From positions 1-53,600 of the forward strand of contig JBDHKN010000019.1 of the NCBI GenBank assembly GCA_039586365.1: a stretch of DNA of 53,600 nt, in the 5' to 3' direction. Below, piece by piece: positions 9,385-19,256 of the stretch (position 1 is its first letter; every line of letters starts with the position of its first letter). Made by a program: the position numbers and the translations under genes. The stretch is from Gemmatimonadota bacterium. GTDB taxonomy: Bacteria; Gemmatimonadota; Gemmatimonadetes; Gemmatimonadales; GWC2-71-9. Under the pieces are notes generated by a model. The model did no database searches and was not told where the DNA came from. It saw only the letters and a list, made by a program, of their open reading frames with translations.

Positions 9385-10785
9385 ATGACAGGTTGTAACG
9401 CACTCCCCCGTATTCATGTCTATGCTGCGGCATTGGGTCTCGCGATCACCGCGACTCAGGCTGTTACAGCACAAACCGGCCCTCCACCCGGCACAATGAC
9501 GTTCGCTCTCACGGGCGACGCGATCATCACTCGGCGCCTCTCCCCCTTTAGGGAGCCAGAATATCTCAGAATGATCGAACTGATACGTGAGGCAGACCTG
9601 GCGTTTACCAACTTGGAGGTGCTCTTTCACACGTATGACGAGGGATTCCCGGCGGCGCACAGCGGTGGTGCATGGATGGCAGCGGAGCCCCATATCGCTG
9701 GGGAGTTGGCGTGGGCGGGGTTTGATATGGTCAGTTTCGCCAACAACCACACGATGGACTACGGTCCCGGAGGCATGAGAGCAACTGTCCGTGCCCTGGA
9801 TGCGGCGGGTTTGGTCTTCTCTGGAGCGGGCGAGAATCTGGCTCGAGCTCGGGCACCTGCCTACCTGGAAACAGCCGGTGGGCGGGTTGCCCTGATCTCG
9901 GTGACCTCTACATTTTCCGACGAAGATCGGGCGGGACCACAGCGAATCGATGTACGTGGCAGGCCCGGACTCAATCCATTGCGCTACACGACTACCTACC
10001 TCGTGAGCGAGAACTCTCTGGAGAGCTTGCGCGAAATTCGTAGGGAGTTGGGCTATCAAACCACCCAGCAAGGAAACCGCATCAGATTCTTCGGTGAGTC
10101 ATTCGAGGTGGGTGACACTCCAGGTCGCCGTACTGTACCTCATGAGGGAGACCTAGCGGAGATCGTCGCATCTGTCGCCGACGCACGGAGACAAGCGGAC
10201 TGGGTGATTGTGGCCAGCCACAATCACGAGAGTGCTAGTTCGAGAGAGGTCCCTGCAGATTTCCTCGTGACATTCGCCCGAGCGGTCGTGGACGCCGGTG
10301 CCGACATATTCGTAGGGCACGGACCTCACGTGCTCCGTGGCGTGGAGATCTACCGTAACAAGCCGATCTTCTACAGCCTGTCGAACTTCATCTTCCAGAA
10401 TGAGACGATCCGGTTCCTCCCGGGCGATTTCTATGACCGACTCAATCTCGCCGCCGACGCGAGCCCGGCGGACCTATACGATCGCCGGGCCCAAAGCAGT
10501 AGTACGGGTGGTTTCCCGGGCCAACAAGTCTATTGGGAAAGTGTCATTGCAGCGCCGCGGTTCCTCGACGGACATCTCTCAGAGATAGGGTTCTACCCTA
10601 TTACACTTGGCTATGGCAAGCCCCGAGCGCAACGGGGCAGGCCTGTCCTCGCAGATCCGGCGGCAGGACGGAGGATCATCGAGCAGCTGCGGGATCTCTC
10701 TCGCCCCTTTGGAACGGAGGTGAGCTACGTTCCGGATCAGAATGTCGGAGTCGTCAGGATCCGTGGTTCGCGGGAATCGAGCTGA
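9385..10785 (+). CDS. CapA/PgsA family metallophosphoesterase-fold protein, secreted
   Basis: GGAGGA SD; signal peptide; TGDAII, NLE, ANNHTMD, SHNHE, GHGPH and YSLSNF motifs. Confidence 0.9.
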   Translation: MTGCNALPRIHVYAAALGLAITATQAVTAQTGPPPGTMTFALTGDAIITRRLSPFREPEYLRMIELIREADLAFTNLEVLFHTYDEGFPAAHSGGAWMAAEPHIAGELAWAGFDMVSFANNHTMDYGPGGMRATVRALDAAGLVFSGAGENLARARAPAYLETAGGRVALISVTSTFSDEDRAGPQRIDVRGRPGLNPLRYTTTYLVSENSLESLREIRRELGYQTTQQGNRIRFFGESFEVGDTPGRRTVPHEGDLAEIVASVADARRQADWVIVASHNHESASSREVPADFLVTFARAVVDAGADIFVGHGPHVLRGVEIYRNKPIFYSLSNFIFQNETIRFLPGDFYDRLNLAADASPADLYDRRAQSSSTGGFPGQQVYWESVIAAPRFLDGHLSEIGFYPITLGYGKPRAQRGRPVLADPAAGRRIIEQLRDLSRPFGTEVSYVPDQNVGVVRIRGSRESS

Positions 10786-10818
10786 AGTCGCCACAGTGAG
10801 GTAGCCGAGAGGCATGAC

Positions 10819-11214
10819 ATGGTCAGTATACCAATCAAATTGCACACTCCCGACGCCATGTTCACCGAAGCCGAGGGGCTCGTAAAGCTCGACCGGGGAC
10901 GCTTGATAATCGAGTTCGAAACAAAGGATGCTTTTTTTGGCGTGTATCGGTCTGGTGTACAGGAGATAGCTGTACTACCAGACGACATCACCTCCATCGA
11001 CTTCAAGCGGAATCCGTTCAAAGCGGAGCTTAGGATCCGTGCCCGCAGCATGAAGACCTTCGACCAAGTCCCCGGCAGCAAATTGGGAGAGATCCGCCTG
11101 CGGTTTCGGCGTGCCCACCGCGCCGAGGCTCAGGAACTGGCAGCGTTTCTACAGCACCGGCTGAGCGAGCTCGCGCAAGCTGCCACAGATGACGCTACCC
11201 CCACTGAACCGTGA
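10819..11214 (+). CDS. Hypothetical protein (possibly PH-like fold)
   Basis: GAGG SD; globular beta-rich composition with C-terminal helix; overlaps the next gene by GTGA. Confidence 0.7.
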   Translation: MVSIPIKLHTPDAMFTEAEGLVKLDRGRLIIEFETKDAFFGVYRSGVQEIAVLPDDITSIDFKRNPFKAELRIRARSMKTFDQVPGSKLGEIRLRFRRAHRAEAQELAAFLQHRLSELAQAATDDATPTEP

Positions 11215-11957
11215 CGACATTCGCGTGGATTCTCGGCGGCGGCATACTGATGAGCGCCATAGCACTCGTCGGTGGTGTGACAGCACTGCTCAAGGAAGAC
11301 GCCCTGAAACGAATCATCGTGCTGCTCGTTGCCTTTGCCGCTGGAACACTGTTGGGCGGAGCGTTCTTCCACATGATTCCGGCAGCAGTAGCGCGTGCCC
11401 CCGGTGATGTGAGCATCTTCGTATGGATGCTGGCGGGGTTTGCGACTTTCTTCGCCCTCGAGCAATTCCTCCACTGGCATCACTGCAACCGAGCTCCGGC
11501 GGACTGCAGGAAACCGCTCACGTACCTCATCCTTGTTGGGGACACTTTGCACAACTTCTTGGGTGGCCTCGCGGTGGCAGGGACCTTCCTATTGGACGTC
11601 CGTCTCGGGGTGGCCGCATGGCTCGCTGCTGCAGCCCACGAAATACCGCAAGAGCTAGGTGAGTTCGGAGTCTTGATTCATGGCGGTTGGACAAAGGGGA
11701 AAGCTCTGTTGTTCAACTTCATCTCAGCATTGACCTTCCTAGTTGGTGGCCTGATAGCGTATTTCGCTTCGTTCAGAGTCGACGTCGCATTTCTCGTTCC
11801 GTTCGCCGCTGGGAATTTCCTCTACATCGCAGCCTCTGATCTCGTGCCTGAGGTGAACAAACACCACAAGCTAAGCCAGAACATCAAAGTGTTCGTAGCG
11901 CTCGTCGGTGGATTGGGTTTACTATTGCTTATCAGACTGGTGCTGGAACAGGGCTGA
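11211..11957 (+). CDS. ZIP family zinc/metal transporter
   Basis: Multi-TM; HWHH loop; GDTLHNFLGG and HEIPQELG motifs. Confidence 0.92.
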   Translation: MTTFAWILGGGILMSAIALVGGVTALLKEDALKRIIVLLVAFAAGTLLGGAFFHMIPAAVARAPGDVSIFVWMLAGFATFFALEQFLHWHHCNRAPADCRKPLTYLILVGDTLHNFLGGLAVAGTFLLDVRLGVAAWLAAAAHEIPQELGEFGVLIHGGWTKGKALLFNFISALTFLVGGLIAYFASFRVDVAFLVPFAAGNFLYIAASDLVPEVNKHHKLSQNIKVFVALVGGLGLLLLIRLVLEQG

Positions 11958-12040
11958 GTATGGCCCGGCTACGAGCCTGACCCAGATAAGGTAGGCGATT
12001 CATTCGCATTCCAATCGCCCGTCCTGCTGGACTTAGCGGC

Positions 12041-14881
12041 CTAGGGAATCGCACCCGCAGCACCGGAGCGACGCGGATCACCACCTGCGCGCACACACTT
12101 GCCATCAATACTCACCACGGCTCCATACCCCATCCGCAGCTCTCCTCGCAAGGATATGCGCTGCAATCGGTGTCCCAGCTTCTGCAATCCCCGCACCACA
12201 TGGGGTGCGAACACGTCCTCGATCTGCACGACCACTTCCCTGGTCTGCCCTGACTCCCGCCTCGAACCGATGAGAAACCGGGGCAGCTCCAGTGCATTCT
12301 GGGGTCCTATGTCCCGGTCTATCATCGCCGCAGTCATCTGATACACAGCGGATGTAATCCACGCGTTCCCGGCGGCGCCGACCGCGAAGCGTGGCTGTAG
12401 TCGGTGACCCGTGCCTCGAAAAGCCAATGTGGGTGCGATGCTCGTACCGTGCCGTGCGTAGGGAAGGCGCGCGCCATACGAATCCGGATCGGTACTGTAG
12501 GAACGCAGCTTGTCGTTGTACAGGAAACCCAACCCTGGGGACACATAGAAGTTACCCCCCCACGTCCCCAGCGTCTGTGTGACTGCCACCATGTTTCCAG
12601 CGGAGTCGGCGACTGCGAATGCGGTCGTGCCAGACCTTCGGCAGGGCAGACCGACAGAGCAGTCAGACATCTGTTCCCCCCACGAGAGTTCTGTCGCCTC
12701 CTCTGCACATGCTGGCTCTCCGGCGGCACGCCGTTCCAGATCGTCTGGGCTGAGACTCTTGCCAGGGTCAAAGCACCGTTCCCAGCGGCGGCCGGCCGCT
12801 TCCCTATCCAGCAGCGGACCGGTGTCCACTGGCCACAGCCCTGGATCGGCAACACGTCCTGACGACGATGGCACCAGCTTCCACGCCTCTATCATCGCGT
12901 GCGCTGTGGCGACGTCTTCAGAATAGAGAGCCGGGTTCTCGAACCGGTCCAGACTGTTCAGTTTGGCAACAAGGGATACACCGCCGCCGGCTGCGGGCGC
13001 GGCCGAAAACACCGTATGACCACGATACTCTCCGCGCACCGGTTCGCGCTTCGCGGCGAAGTAGCGCTCCATGTCGCGCAGCGTCATTGCGTTGCCTTGC
13101 CCCCTGAGATCGGCAACCATACGATGAGCGACTGCTCCTCTGTAGAACGCATCAGCCCCACCTTCAGCGATCTGCCGGAGAGTCCAGGCGAGGTCCGGGT
13201 TCCGCAGCGTGTCTCCTGGCTGCAACGGGTCACCGTTGGGAAAGAACAACTTCCTACTGCTTTCGTACTTGAGGAAACTCTCACTCTCGATCGCGAGGGT
13301 CGTCGGGAATGCATCATCCAGCACGAATCCGTTCTCAGCCAGGCGAATCGCCGGCGCGAGCAATTGTGACCATTTTAGGTTGCCGCTGCCGTACTCCTTC
13401 CAAGCCAGCCACATGCCCGCCACAGTACCCGGCACGTTGGCTAGCACGGGACCATCCGACGGAAGGTCCCCGTCCTCCAAGAGCAATGCGTTGGCGAGGC
13501 CAGCTTGTTCCGGCACTCGGCTCAAGAACTCGATTACCACAGGCTGATCCATATGCCGCAGGTAGAGAACCATCTCGCCATAGCCTCCGACTCCACTTGC
13601 ATCGGGCTCCACCACGCCGATTGCGAACGAGACTGCTACAGCAGCGTCCACCGGATTGCCGCCTTGACGCAGAACTTCAACTCCAGCTTCTGTAGCGAGG
13701 TGGTGGGCACTGGAAACAGCGGCACTCCCGCTGACCTCCACCCGAGACGGAGGGCGCTCGATGAGCATCTCGTGAATCGTGCTCTCCAGTGCTTCTTCTG
13801 TCATGGCGGACAAGGCCCGATCGCGATACTCGGAGCGCAGTCGCTCCCACGGCTCACGCCCCCGGCCGCCGTAGTACAACCGCTCCATCCGCAGCCATAC
13901 TCGATCGAATGCCTCGGCGTTATGGACGATCCTGGTGGCGGGCACTGCCAGACTCACCTCACTGATATCCGTGTCGGGCAGGAGATGCGCCCGGACCACC
14001 CAAAGGTGCCCTTCTCGGCTGAAAACATCTCCGGCCCTGCGGTCACCCAGCCTGGCGGGATCGCCGTTATAGCCGGGTGCTTGCGCTGGCAGTTCGGCCA
14101 GGGTCAACCATTCCCCATCAGGGGACCAGGCCGCAACCGCACGCTTCTCGCTCACCAGGTTCCGGTAGCGTCCATCGGGAGGAGTAACCCACACACCCGG
14201 GGCCCGACCTCGCGTGACGAAGACTATGACGTCGCCGGTAGGCGACCAGCGCGGGTACTCGACCTGCAAGTCGCTCAGTACGACCCGATCACCTCCACCA
14301 GCTGTTTCTCCGAGGCACAGTTCTCGGCTACCACCACGAATGGCCACGTACGCTACTTGCCGCCCATCAGGCGAAACCGTTGGTGAACGCTCGGCGCCCG
14401 GTGACTCTGTCAGCCTACGCTCCGATCCACTCGCCTCTCTCACCCACAGATCTGCACGATAGCCACTGCCCCTCACGAACACGATCGACCCATCTGCCGT
14501 GACTATCGGCTCGCTCTCAGCCTCCGGTGTCATCGTCAGTGCCGTCGGATCGCTCTCATTTCCCTCGATCCCAACGGGTATACGCCAGAGATCGAAGTTG
14601 CCTGAGCGATCAGAAGAGAAGACCAACTCCGAACCATCAGGTGTCCACGCTGGCTCCGTGTCCCAGGCCGGGCCCGACGTTACTCGTGTCAGGTTGTCTC
14701 CTGTGAGCGCCGACCAGCCGGATCTCGCGCCTTGCGCCGTTACCCACAAGTCGCCATTCAACTCAAAAGCCAGGCGACCCGTCGCAGAGTAAGCGGGACT
14801 CCGCATACCACCAGTGAAGGCCATGGTGCTTTCTGGATGTTGTTGCACCACCGTGAGGAGAGAAAACAGCACTACGATCAT
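12041..14881 (-). CDS. Gamma-glutamyltransferase family protein fused to N-terminal PD40/TolB-like propeller and tricorn C1-like domain
   Basis: PAWTPDG/PTVSPDG/WSPDG repeats; AFDRVW...YY...W..LRSEY...IHEML helix bundle; GGT motifs GGNPVDAAVA, EPDASGVGG, VPGTVAG and autoproteolytic GTTAFAVAD. Confidence 0.88.
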   Translation of the reverse strand: MIVVLFSLLTVVQQHPESTMAFTGGMRSPAYSATGRLAFELNGDLWVTAQGARSGWSALTGDNLTRVTSGPAWDTEPAWTPDGSELVFSSDRSGNFDLWRIPVGIEGNESDPTALTMTPEAESEPIVTADGSIVFVRGSGYRADLWVREASGSERRLTESPGAERSPTVSPDGRQVAYVAIRGGSRELCLGETAGGGDRVVLSDLQVEYPRWSPTGDVIVFVTRGRAPGVWVTPPDGRYRNLVSEKRAVAAWSPDGEWLTLAELPAQAPGYNGDPARLGDRRAGDVFSREGHLWVVRAHLLPDTDISEVSLAVPATRIVHNAEAFDRVWLRMERLYYGGRGREPWERLRSEYRDRALSAMTEEALESTIHEMLIERPPSRVEVSGSAAVSSAHHLATEAGVEVLRQGGNPVDAAVAVSFAIGVVEPDASGVGGYGEMVLYLRHMDQPVVIEFLSRVPEQAGLANALLLEDGDLPSDGPVLANVPGTVAGMWLAWKEYGSGNLKWSQLLAPAIRLAENGFVLDDAFPTTLAIESESFLKYESSRKLFFPNGDPLQPGDTLRNPDLAWTLRQIAEGGADAFYRGAVAHRMVADLRGQGNAMTLRDMERYFAAKREPVRGEYRGHTVFSAAPAAGGGVSLVAKLNSLDRFENPALYSEDVATAHAMIEAWKLVPSSSGRVADPGLWPVDTGPLLDREAAGRRWERCFDPGKSLSPDDLERRAAGEPACAEEATELSWGEQMSDCSVGLPCRRSGTTAFAVADSAGNMVAVTQTLGTWGGNFYVSPGLGFLYNDKLRSYSTDPDSYGARLPYARHGTSIAPTLAFRGTGHRLQPRFAVGAAGNAWITSAVYQMTAAMIDRDIGPQNALELPRFLIGSRRESGQTREVVVQIEDVFAPHVVRGLQKLGHRLQRISLRGELRMGYGAVVSIDGKCVRAGGDPRRSGAAGAIP

Positions 14882-14995
14882 GTGCCAACCTCTGCTTGCG
14901 TACCGGTTGCTGAGCTAATGCTTCGTCCCGTTCGGCTCGAACGATATCATCAACGCTCAATGATCCTGAGATTCCTTGACTTGCCTCTGCCGACT

Positions 14996-16396
14996 CTAGC
15001 CTGCCAGTACCTTGACAAAAGAGCTCGCCCAGTCGTGAACAGTGTGCCGCGCGACCACTCTACGCATTGCTCGCATTCGCCTGCGTGACTCTCTCGTTGG
15101 GAGAGAGAGAGCTCGGTCCATCGCTTCTGTAATGCCATCTACGTCGTGGGGATTCACTTGGAGGGCGCGGCGCAGCTCGGACGCTGCACCTGCGAATTCG
15201 CTCAAGACTACTACTCCGGAATTGTCAGACCTGGTAGCGACGTACTCCTTGGCAACGAGGTTCATCCCGTCGCAGTACGGTGTCACCAGCATGACGTCGG
15301 CAGCTCGATACAGGGCGATAAGTTCTTCAAACGGGAGATTTCGGCGCAGATAGTGCACAGGCGTCATGCCGACTTCAGCGAAATTGCCGTTGATCTGGCC
15401 GACCAGTTCCTCCACTCTGCTGCGCAGCTCTTTGTATTCAGTGATCCGTTCGCGGCTGGGGACCGCAAGCTGGACCAGGACGACGTCTTGGATGCTCCTG
15501 CGACGGCTGGCAAACAACTCCCCGAACGCTTTGACCCGCACATCGATCCCCTTGGTGTAGTCGAGGCGATCTACCCCCAAGATGATCTTGCGCCCGCGTC
15601 CGAGCGAGTCACGTAGGTTCTCAGAGCGCTCGAGAACTGCCGGATCACGTGCCATCGAGTCGTATCTGTCGAAGTCGATGGAGATTGGGTAGACAGCCAC
15701 CCGCACACTTCGATCACCGAAGCGCATTCTGGTGGCACGCCCTCTTGCATCTGTGTATCGCTGCACGAGTCGGACAAAGTTCTTCACTGCAGCCCGCGTC
15801 TGGAATCCGATCACATCGGCCCCGAGCATTCCCTCGAGGATCTGACGCCGCCACGGAAGGTGGCTGAACAGTTCTTCAGGTGGGAACGGTATGTGAAGGA
15901 AGAAACCGATTCGGATGTCGCTGCGTCGTTCCCGCAGCATCGCGGGCACTAAATGCAAGTGATAGTCATGCACCCAAACGAGACCGCCCGGTGCAACGGT
16001 CTTCGCAGCCATGTCGGCAAAGCGCTCGTTGACCGCGACGTAGTGGACCCACCAATGGCGATGGTACTCCGGCTGCCGGATCGCGTCATGGTACAACGGC
16101 CACAGCGTGCTGTTGCAGACTCCGTGGTAGAACCCCCTCATCTCGACTGGGGACATCGAGATCGGAACATTGGCAATCGCACCGTGCATGAAGGGATCCG
16201 GTACGGCACCGGCCGACCCCGGCCACCCAATCCAAGCGCCGCCCTGATTCTCGACAATTGGCGTGAGCGCAGAAACGAGTCCCCCAGGACTCGTCTGCCA
16301 ACGCGTCCTGCCCTTTGCCTTTACCTGCCTGACCGGCAAGCTGTTGGCAACGATCACGACTGGCCAAACGGACGAGAGGACCTTGTTTTTCGCCAT
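14996..16396 (-). CDS. otsA: Trehalose-6-phosphate synthase (GT20)
   Basis: GGLVSAL, WIGWPG, LWPLYH, WVHDYHL, FFLHIPFP, DRLDYTKG, DGMNLVAKEY, LSEFAGA. Confidence 0.9.
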   Translation of the reverse strand: MAKNKVLSSVWPVVIVANSLPVRQVKAKGRTRWQTSPGGLVSALTPIVENQGGAWIGWPGSAGAVPDPFMHGAIANVPISMSPVEMRGFYHGVCNSTLWPLYHDAIRQPEYHRHWWVHYVAVNERFADMAAKTVAPGGLVWVHDYHLHLVPAMLRERRSDIRIGFFLHIPFPPEELFSHLPWRRQILEGMLGADVIGFQTRAAVKNFVRLVQRYTDARGRATRMRFGDRSVRVAVYPISIDFDRYDSMARDPAVLERSENLRDSLGRGRKIILGVDRLDYTKGIDVRVKAFGELFASRRRSIQDVVLVQLAVPSRERITEYKELRSRVEELVGQINGNFAEVGMTPVHYLRRNLPFEELIALYRAADVMLVTPYCDGMNLVAKEYVATRSDNSGVVVLSEFAGAASELRRALQVNPHDVDGITEAMDRALSLPTRESRRRMRAMRRVVARHTVHDWASSFVKVLAG

Positions 16397-16494
16397 GTTG
16401 GTGGGCCTGGACGACGTTGCTTGCCTATACCAATGGAATTGTCGAACCTGGAAACTATGCCCTGGAATCCCACAGTGCCAACCTTGCGCTGATG

Positions 16495-16522
16495 TTCCAC
16501 CAGCGCTCCGCCGTGCTATATT
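16495..16522 (+). promoter_or_regulatory. Putative sigma70 promoter for glk (extended -10)
   Basis: TTCCAC-N16-TATATT with TG two bases upstream of the -10 (TGCTATATT), 40 nt before the glk ATG. Confidence 0.4.
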
Positions 16523-16561
16523 GCAGCCCGACCGACCCCCCCTCCTTCAACGGGCGGAGCG

Positions 16562-17536
16562 ATGGTGACAAGATGGGACAGCAAGGCGCCAGTCCGACTT
16601 CTGGCTGACATCGGTGGCACAAACGCGCGTTTCTCGCTGCAGCAGCGAGGGGGCAAACCGCGCCACATTGCGGTACTCCGCTCCCGGGACTACCCCAATC
16701 TCACGGCGGCCATCAAATCCTATCTGGCTCCATTTGACTCTGGACGACTGCCGAGTGAGGCAGCTTTTGCCATCGCATCACCTATCGGAGGCGACGAGAT
16801 CAGGTTCACCAACAGCCCGTGGTCATTCTCTGTCGAGAAGACTCGGCGGGCCTTCAAGCTCAAGCGCCTAGAGGTGATCAACGATTTCGCCGCGGTGGCA
16901 CTGGCCATTCCCTATCTCACTCCGAAAGACCGACGCAAGATCGGACGCGGGAAATGTGTATCGGACTCCCCCGCTGCCGTCCTAGGACCGGGGACCGGAC
17001 TGGGTGTCTCGTGTCTGGTGCCTACCCGAGCGGGGCCTGTGGCACTCGAGACCGAGGGAGGACACGTAACTCTGGCGCCGTTTGACGACTATGAGGCAGG
17101 AGTGCTCGGATTCCTGCGGCCGAAGTTCGACCATATTTCGGCAGAACGCGTTCTGTCGGGGCCAGGTCTGGTGAATCTCTACATGGCTATTGCCCCACTG
17201 GAAGGTCGCCCTGTGCAGAGTCTTACGCCGGATACCATAACGCGGCGAGCAGTGAGCGGAGAGTGTCAGGTATGTATTGACGTCGTCAACATGTTCAGTG
17301 ATATGCTGGGGACCGTCGCAGCGAACTTGGCGCTCTCGCTCGGTGCCAGGGGCGGCGTGTACATTGCAGGAGGCGTCGTCCCGAAGATGGGCGATGCGTT
17401 CAACAGCAAGCGGTTCCGGCGCCGATTCGAAAACAAGGGACGGTTCTCTCGCTACATGGCAGAGATTCCGACCTATGTGATCACAAACCAGCTGCCAGCA
17501 TTCAAGGGACTCGCCCATATGTTGGACAGCGAGTGA
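16562..17536 (+). CDS. glk: Glucokinase (E. coli-type)
   Basis: LLADIGGTNARF, INDFAA, GPGTGLG, EGGH, SAERVLSGPGL, GGVYIAGGV, FENKGRF. Confidence 0.95.
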   Translation: MVTRWDSKAPVRLLADIGGTNARFSLQQRGGKPRHIAVLRSRDYPNLTAAIKSYLAPFDSGRLPSEAAFAIASPIGGDEIRFTNSPWSFSVEKTRRAFKLKRLEVINDFAAVALAIPYLTPKDRRKIGRGKCVSDSPAAVLGPGTGLGVSCLVPTRAGPVALETEGGHVTLAPFDDYEAGVLGFLRPKFDHISAERVLSGPGLVNLYMAIAPLEGRPVQSLTPDTITRRAVSGECQVCIDVVNMFSDMLGTVAANLALSLGARGGVYIAGGVVPKMGDAFNSKRFRRRFENKGRFSRYMAEIPTYVITNQLPAFKGLAHMLDSE

Positions 17537-17592
17537 ATGCATTGACTCCGGACCAGTGCCTGGCTATCTACTTCTGCAGCCCATGATACCGG

Positions 17593-18231
17593 ATGAAGAC
17601 AATGGTACAACGCCCACTGTCGACGAATCATCGCGCCAAGTTGGCGCTGCTTCCACTCGCGGCCGCCTTGCTGGTTGCATGTCAGGAATCCGGTCCTGCC
17701 CAACAGGCAGCCGGAGAGCTCCCCCCGGCCGATCAACTGCTCCTGGCGGCGGCCAAGGTTGCCCTTCCGCCAGCCGGTGTGACACCGGCGGACCTGCCGG
17801 ATCCTGAGTCCCAGGGGGCGAACCTGATCGCCCAGTATTGTGCGTATTGCCATGACCTGCCGACACCGGGATCGCACTCAGCGACCGACTGGCCACGCTA
17901 CATTCGTCGCATGTGGGTACGTACCGAGGGACTGCAGGGACGTTACGACATTCCGGTGCCAACTCGAGGAGAGCGGCAGATAATGCTGCAGTACCTGATG
18001 GATCACGCCCTCCAAGTGAGCTCGGAGCTGCCGGTCGGAACTGGGCGCGACTTCTTCCGACAGACATGTAGGGATTGCCACGAGTTGCCCGATCCCAAGC
18101 AACACTCACCGGACGATTGGGTTGCGGTAGTGCGACGCATGATGGATCACATGCAGACCATGTTGGGCAGTACGCTCACTCCAGACCAGTACTCCCGGAT
18201 CGTGTTGTACCTAGAGACGGCATCGCGGTAA
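17593..18231 (+). CDS. Diheme c-type cytochrome lipoprotein
   Basis: Lipobox LLVAC; two CxxCH motifs (CAYCH, CRDCH), each followed by P..HS...W...RRM, indicating an internal duplication. Confidence 0.85.
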   Translation: MKTMVQRPLSTNHRAKLALLPLAAALLVACQESGPAQQAAGELPPADQLLLAAAKVALPPAGVTPADLPDPESQGANLIAQYCAYCHDLPTPGSHSATDWPRYIRRMWVRTEGLQGRYDIPVPTRGERQIMLQYLMDHALQVSSELPVGTGRDFFRQTCRDCHELPDPKQHSPDDWVAVVRRMMDHMQTMLGSTLTPDQYSRIVLYLETASR

Positions 18232-18300
18232 GCGCACTCAGATATACATCCACTTGCTGCCCCTGCAGCCTGGTCTCAGAGGGCTGTTTGCGTTAACCTG

Positions 18301-19176
18301 ATGGCAACGCTCGCCTGGATCACGTTGTCCCTCATCTGGGGCCTCACCTGGTTGGCCGTCCGGATCGGCCTGGACGATCTGCCACCGTTCAATTTCGCCG
18401 GCATACGTTTTTTCATTGCCGCTCTGGTGCTTTTCGCGGCAATGCTCATGCGTCGAACCGTCTTGCCCCGGAGCAGGAGAGATTGGGTACTCATCACGCA
18501 GACAAGCCTGCTCACCTTCGGTATTGCCTACTCACTCCAATTCTGGGGTCAGCAATATGTGCCCTCAGGGCTCACAGCGGTGATGTTCTCCACAGTACCC
18601 CTCTTCACGATGCTGCTGGCCCATGCAAGAATACCGAATGAGCCCCTCACCCGCGCCAAGTTGATCGGTGCCATGTTGGGAATAGCCGGCGTCACATTGG
18701 TGTTCTCCGACCAACTGAGAGCGGACAGTTCGCTTGCTGTGTGGGGCTGCATCGGATTCCTGATCGGATCTCTTTCCATGGCGTATGCTCAAGTTGAGGT
18801 CAAGAACAGCGGCACTCATATCGACCCGTTGGTGCTCGCCGGATGCCAGATGGCAGTCGGTGCAGTCGCGCTGCTGGCGATCGGTATGATCGCTGAGGGC
18901 AGCCCGGTCGGATTGTCCTGGACCCTCCCTGCAGTGGCATCCCTGTTCTATCTGTCTCTAGTATGCTCGGCCCTGGCCTTCTTCCTGCTCTACTGGCTGC
19001 TCCGACGCATGGATGTGACCAAGGTGACGGCAATGGCTCTCGTGCATCCCCTGGTTGCAGTATTCGCCGGCTGGATTGTGCTACACGAGTCTCTGAGTTG
19101 GCGGGTCTTGGCCGGCGGTGGCGGGATTCTGGCAGGACTAGCGCTGATTCTGCCGCGCAGAAATGCTAGCACATAG
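18301..19176 (+). CDS. EamA/DMT family transporter
   Basis: IWGLTW start motif, about 10 TM helices, two EamA repeats. Confidence 0.9.
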   Translation: MATLAWITLSLIWGLTWLAVRIGLDDLPPFNFAGIRFFIAALVLFAAMLMRRTVLPRSRRDWVLITQTSLLTFGIAYSLQFWGQQYVPSGLTAVMFSTVPLFTMLLAHARIPNEPLTRAKLIGAMLGIAGVTLVFSDQLRADSSLAVWGCIGFLIGSLSMAYAQVEVKNSGTHIDPLVLAGCQMAVGAVALLAIGMIAEGSPVGLSWTLPAVASLFYLSLVCSALAFFLLYWLLRRMDVTKVTAMALVHPLVAVFAGWIVLHESLSWRVLAGGGGILAGLALILPRRNAST

Positions 19177-19256
19177 ACAGGTGTAAGCTGGGGGTTGTGT
19201 CGCAGAGCTGCGTACCACCACTACCTGCCGGTGAAGCGCGCGCACCTCCTTGCGTC

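Noticed and set aside
9385..14881. Poly-gamma-glutamate capsule locus (capA plus capD-like GGT)
   Set aside because: No capB/capC ligase genes, and the two genes are on opposite strands separated by unrelated genes.
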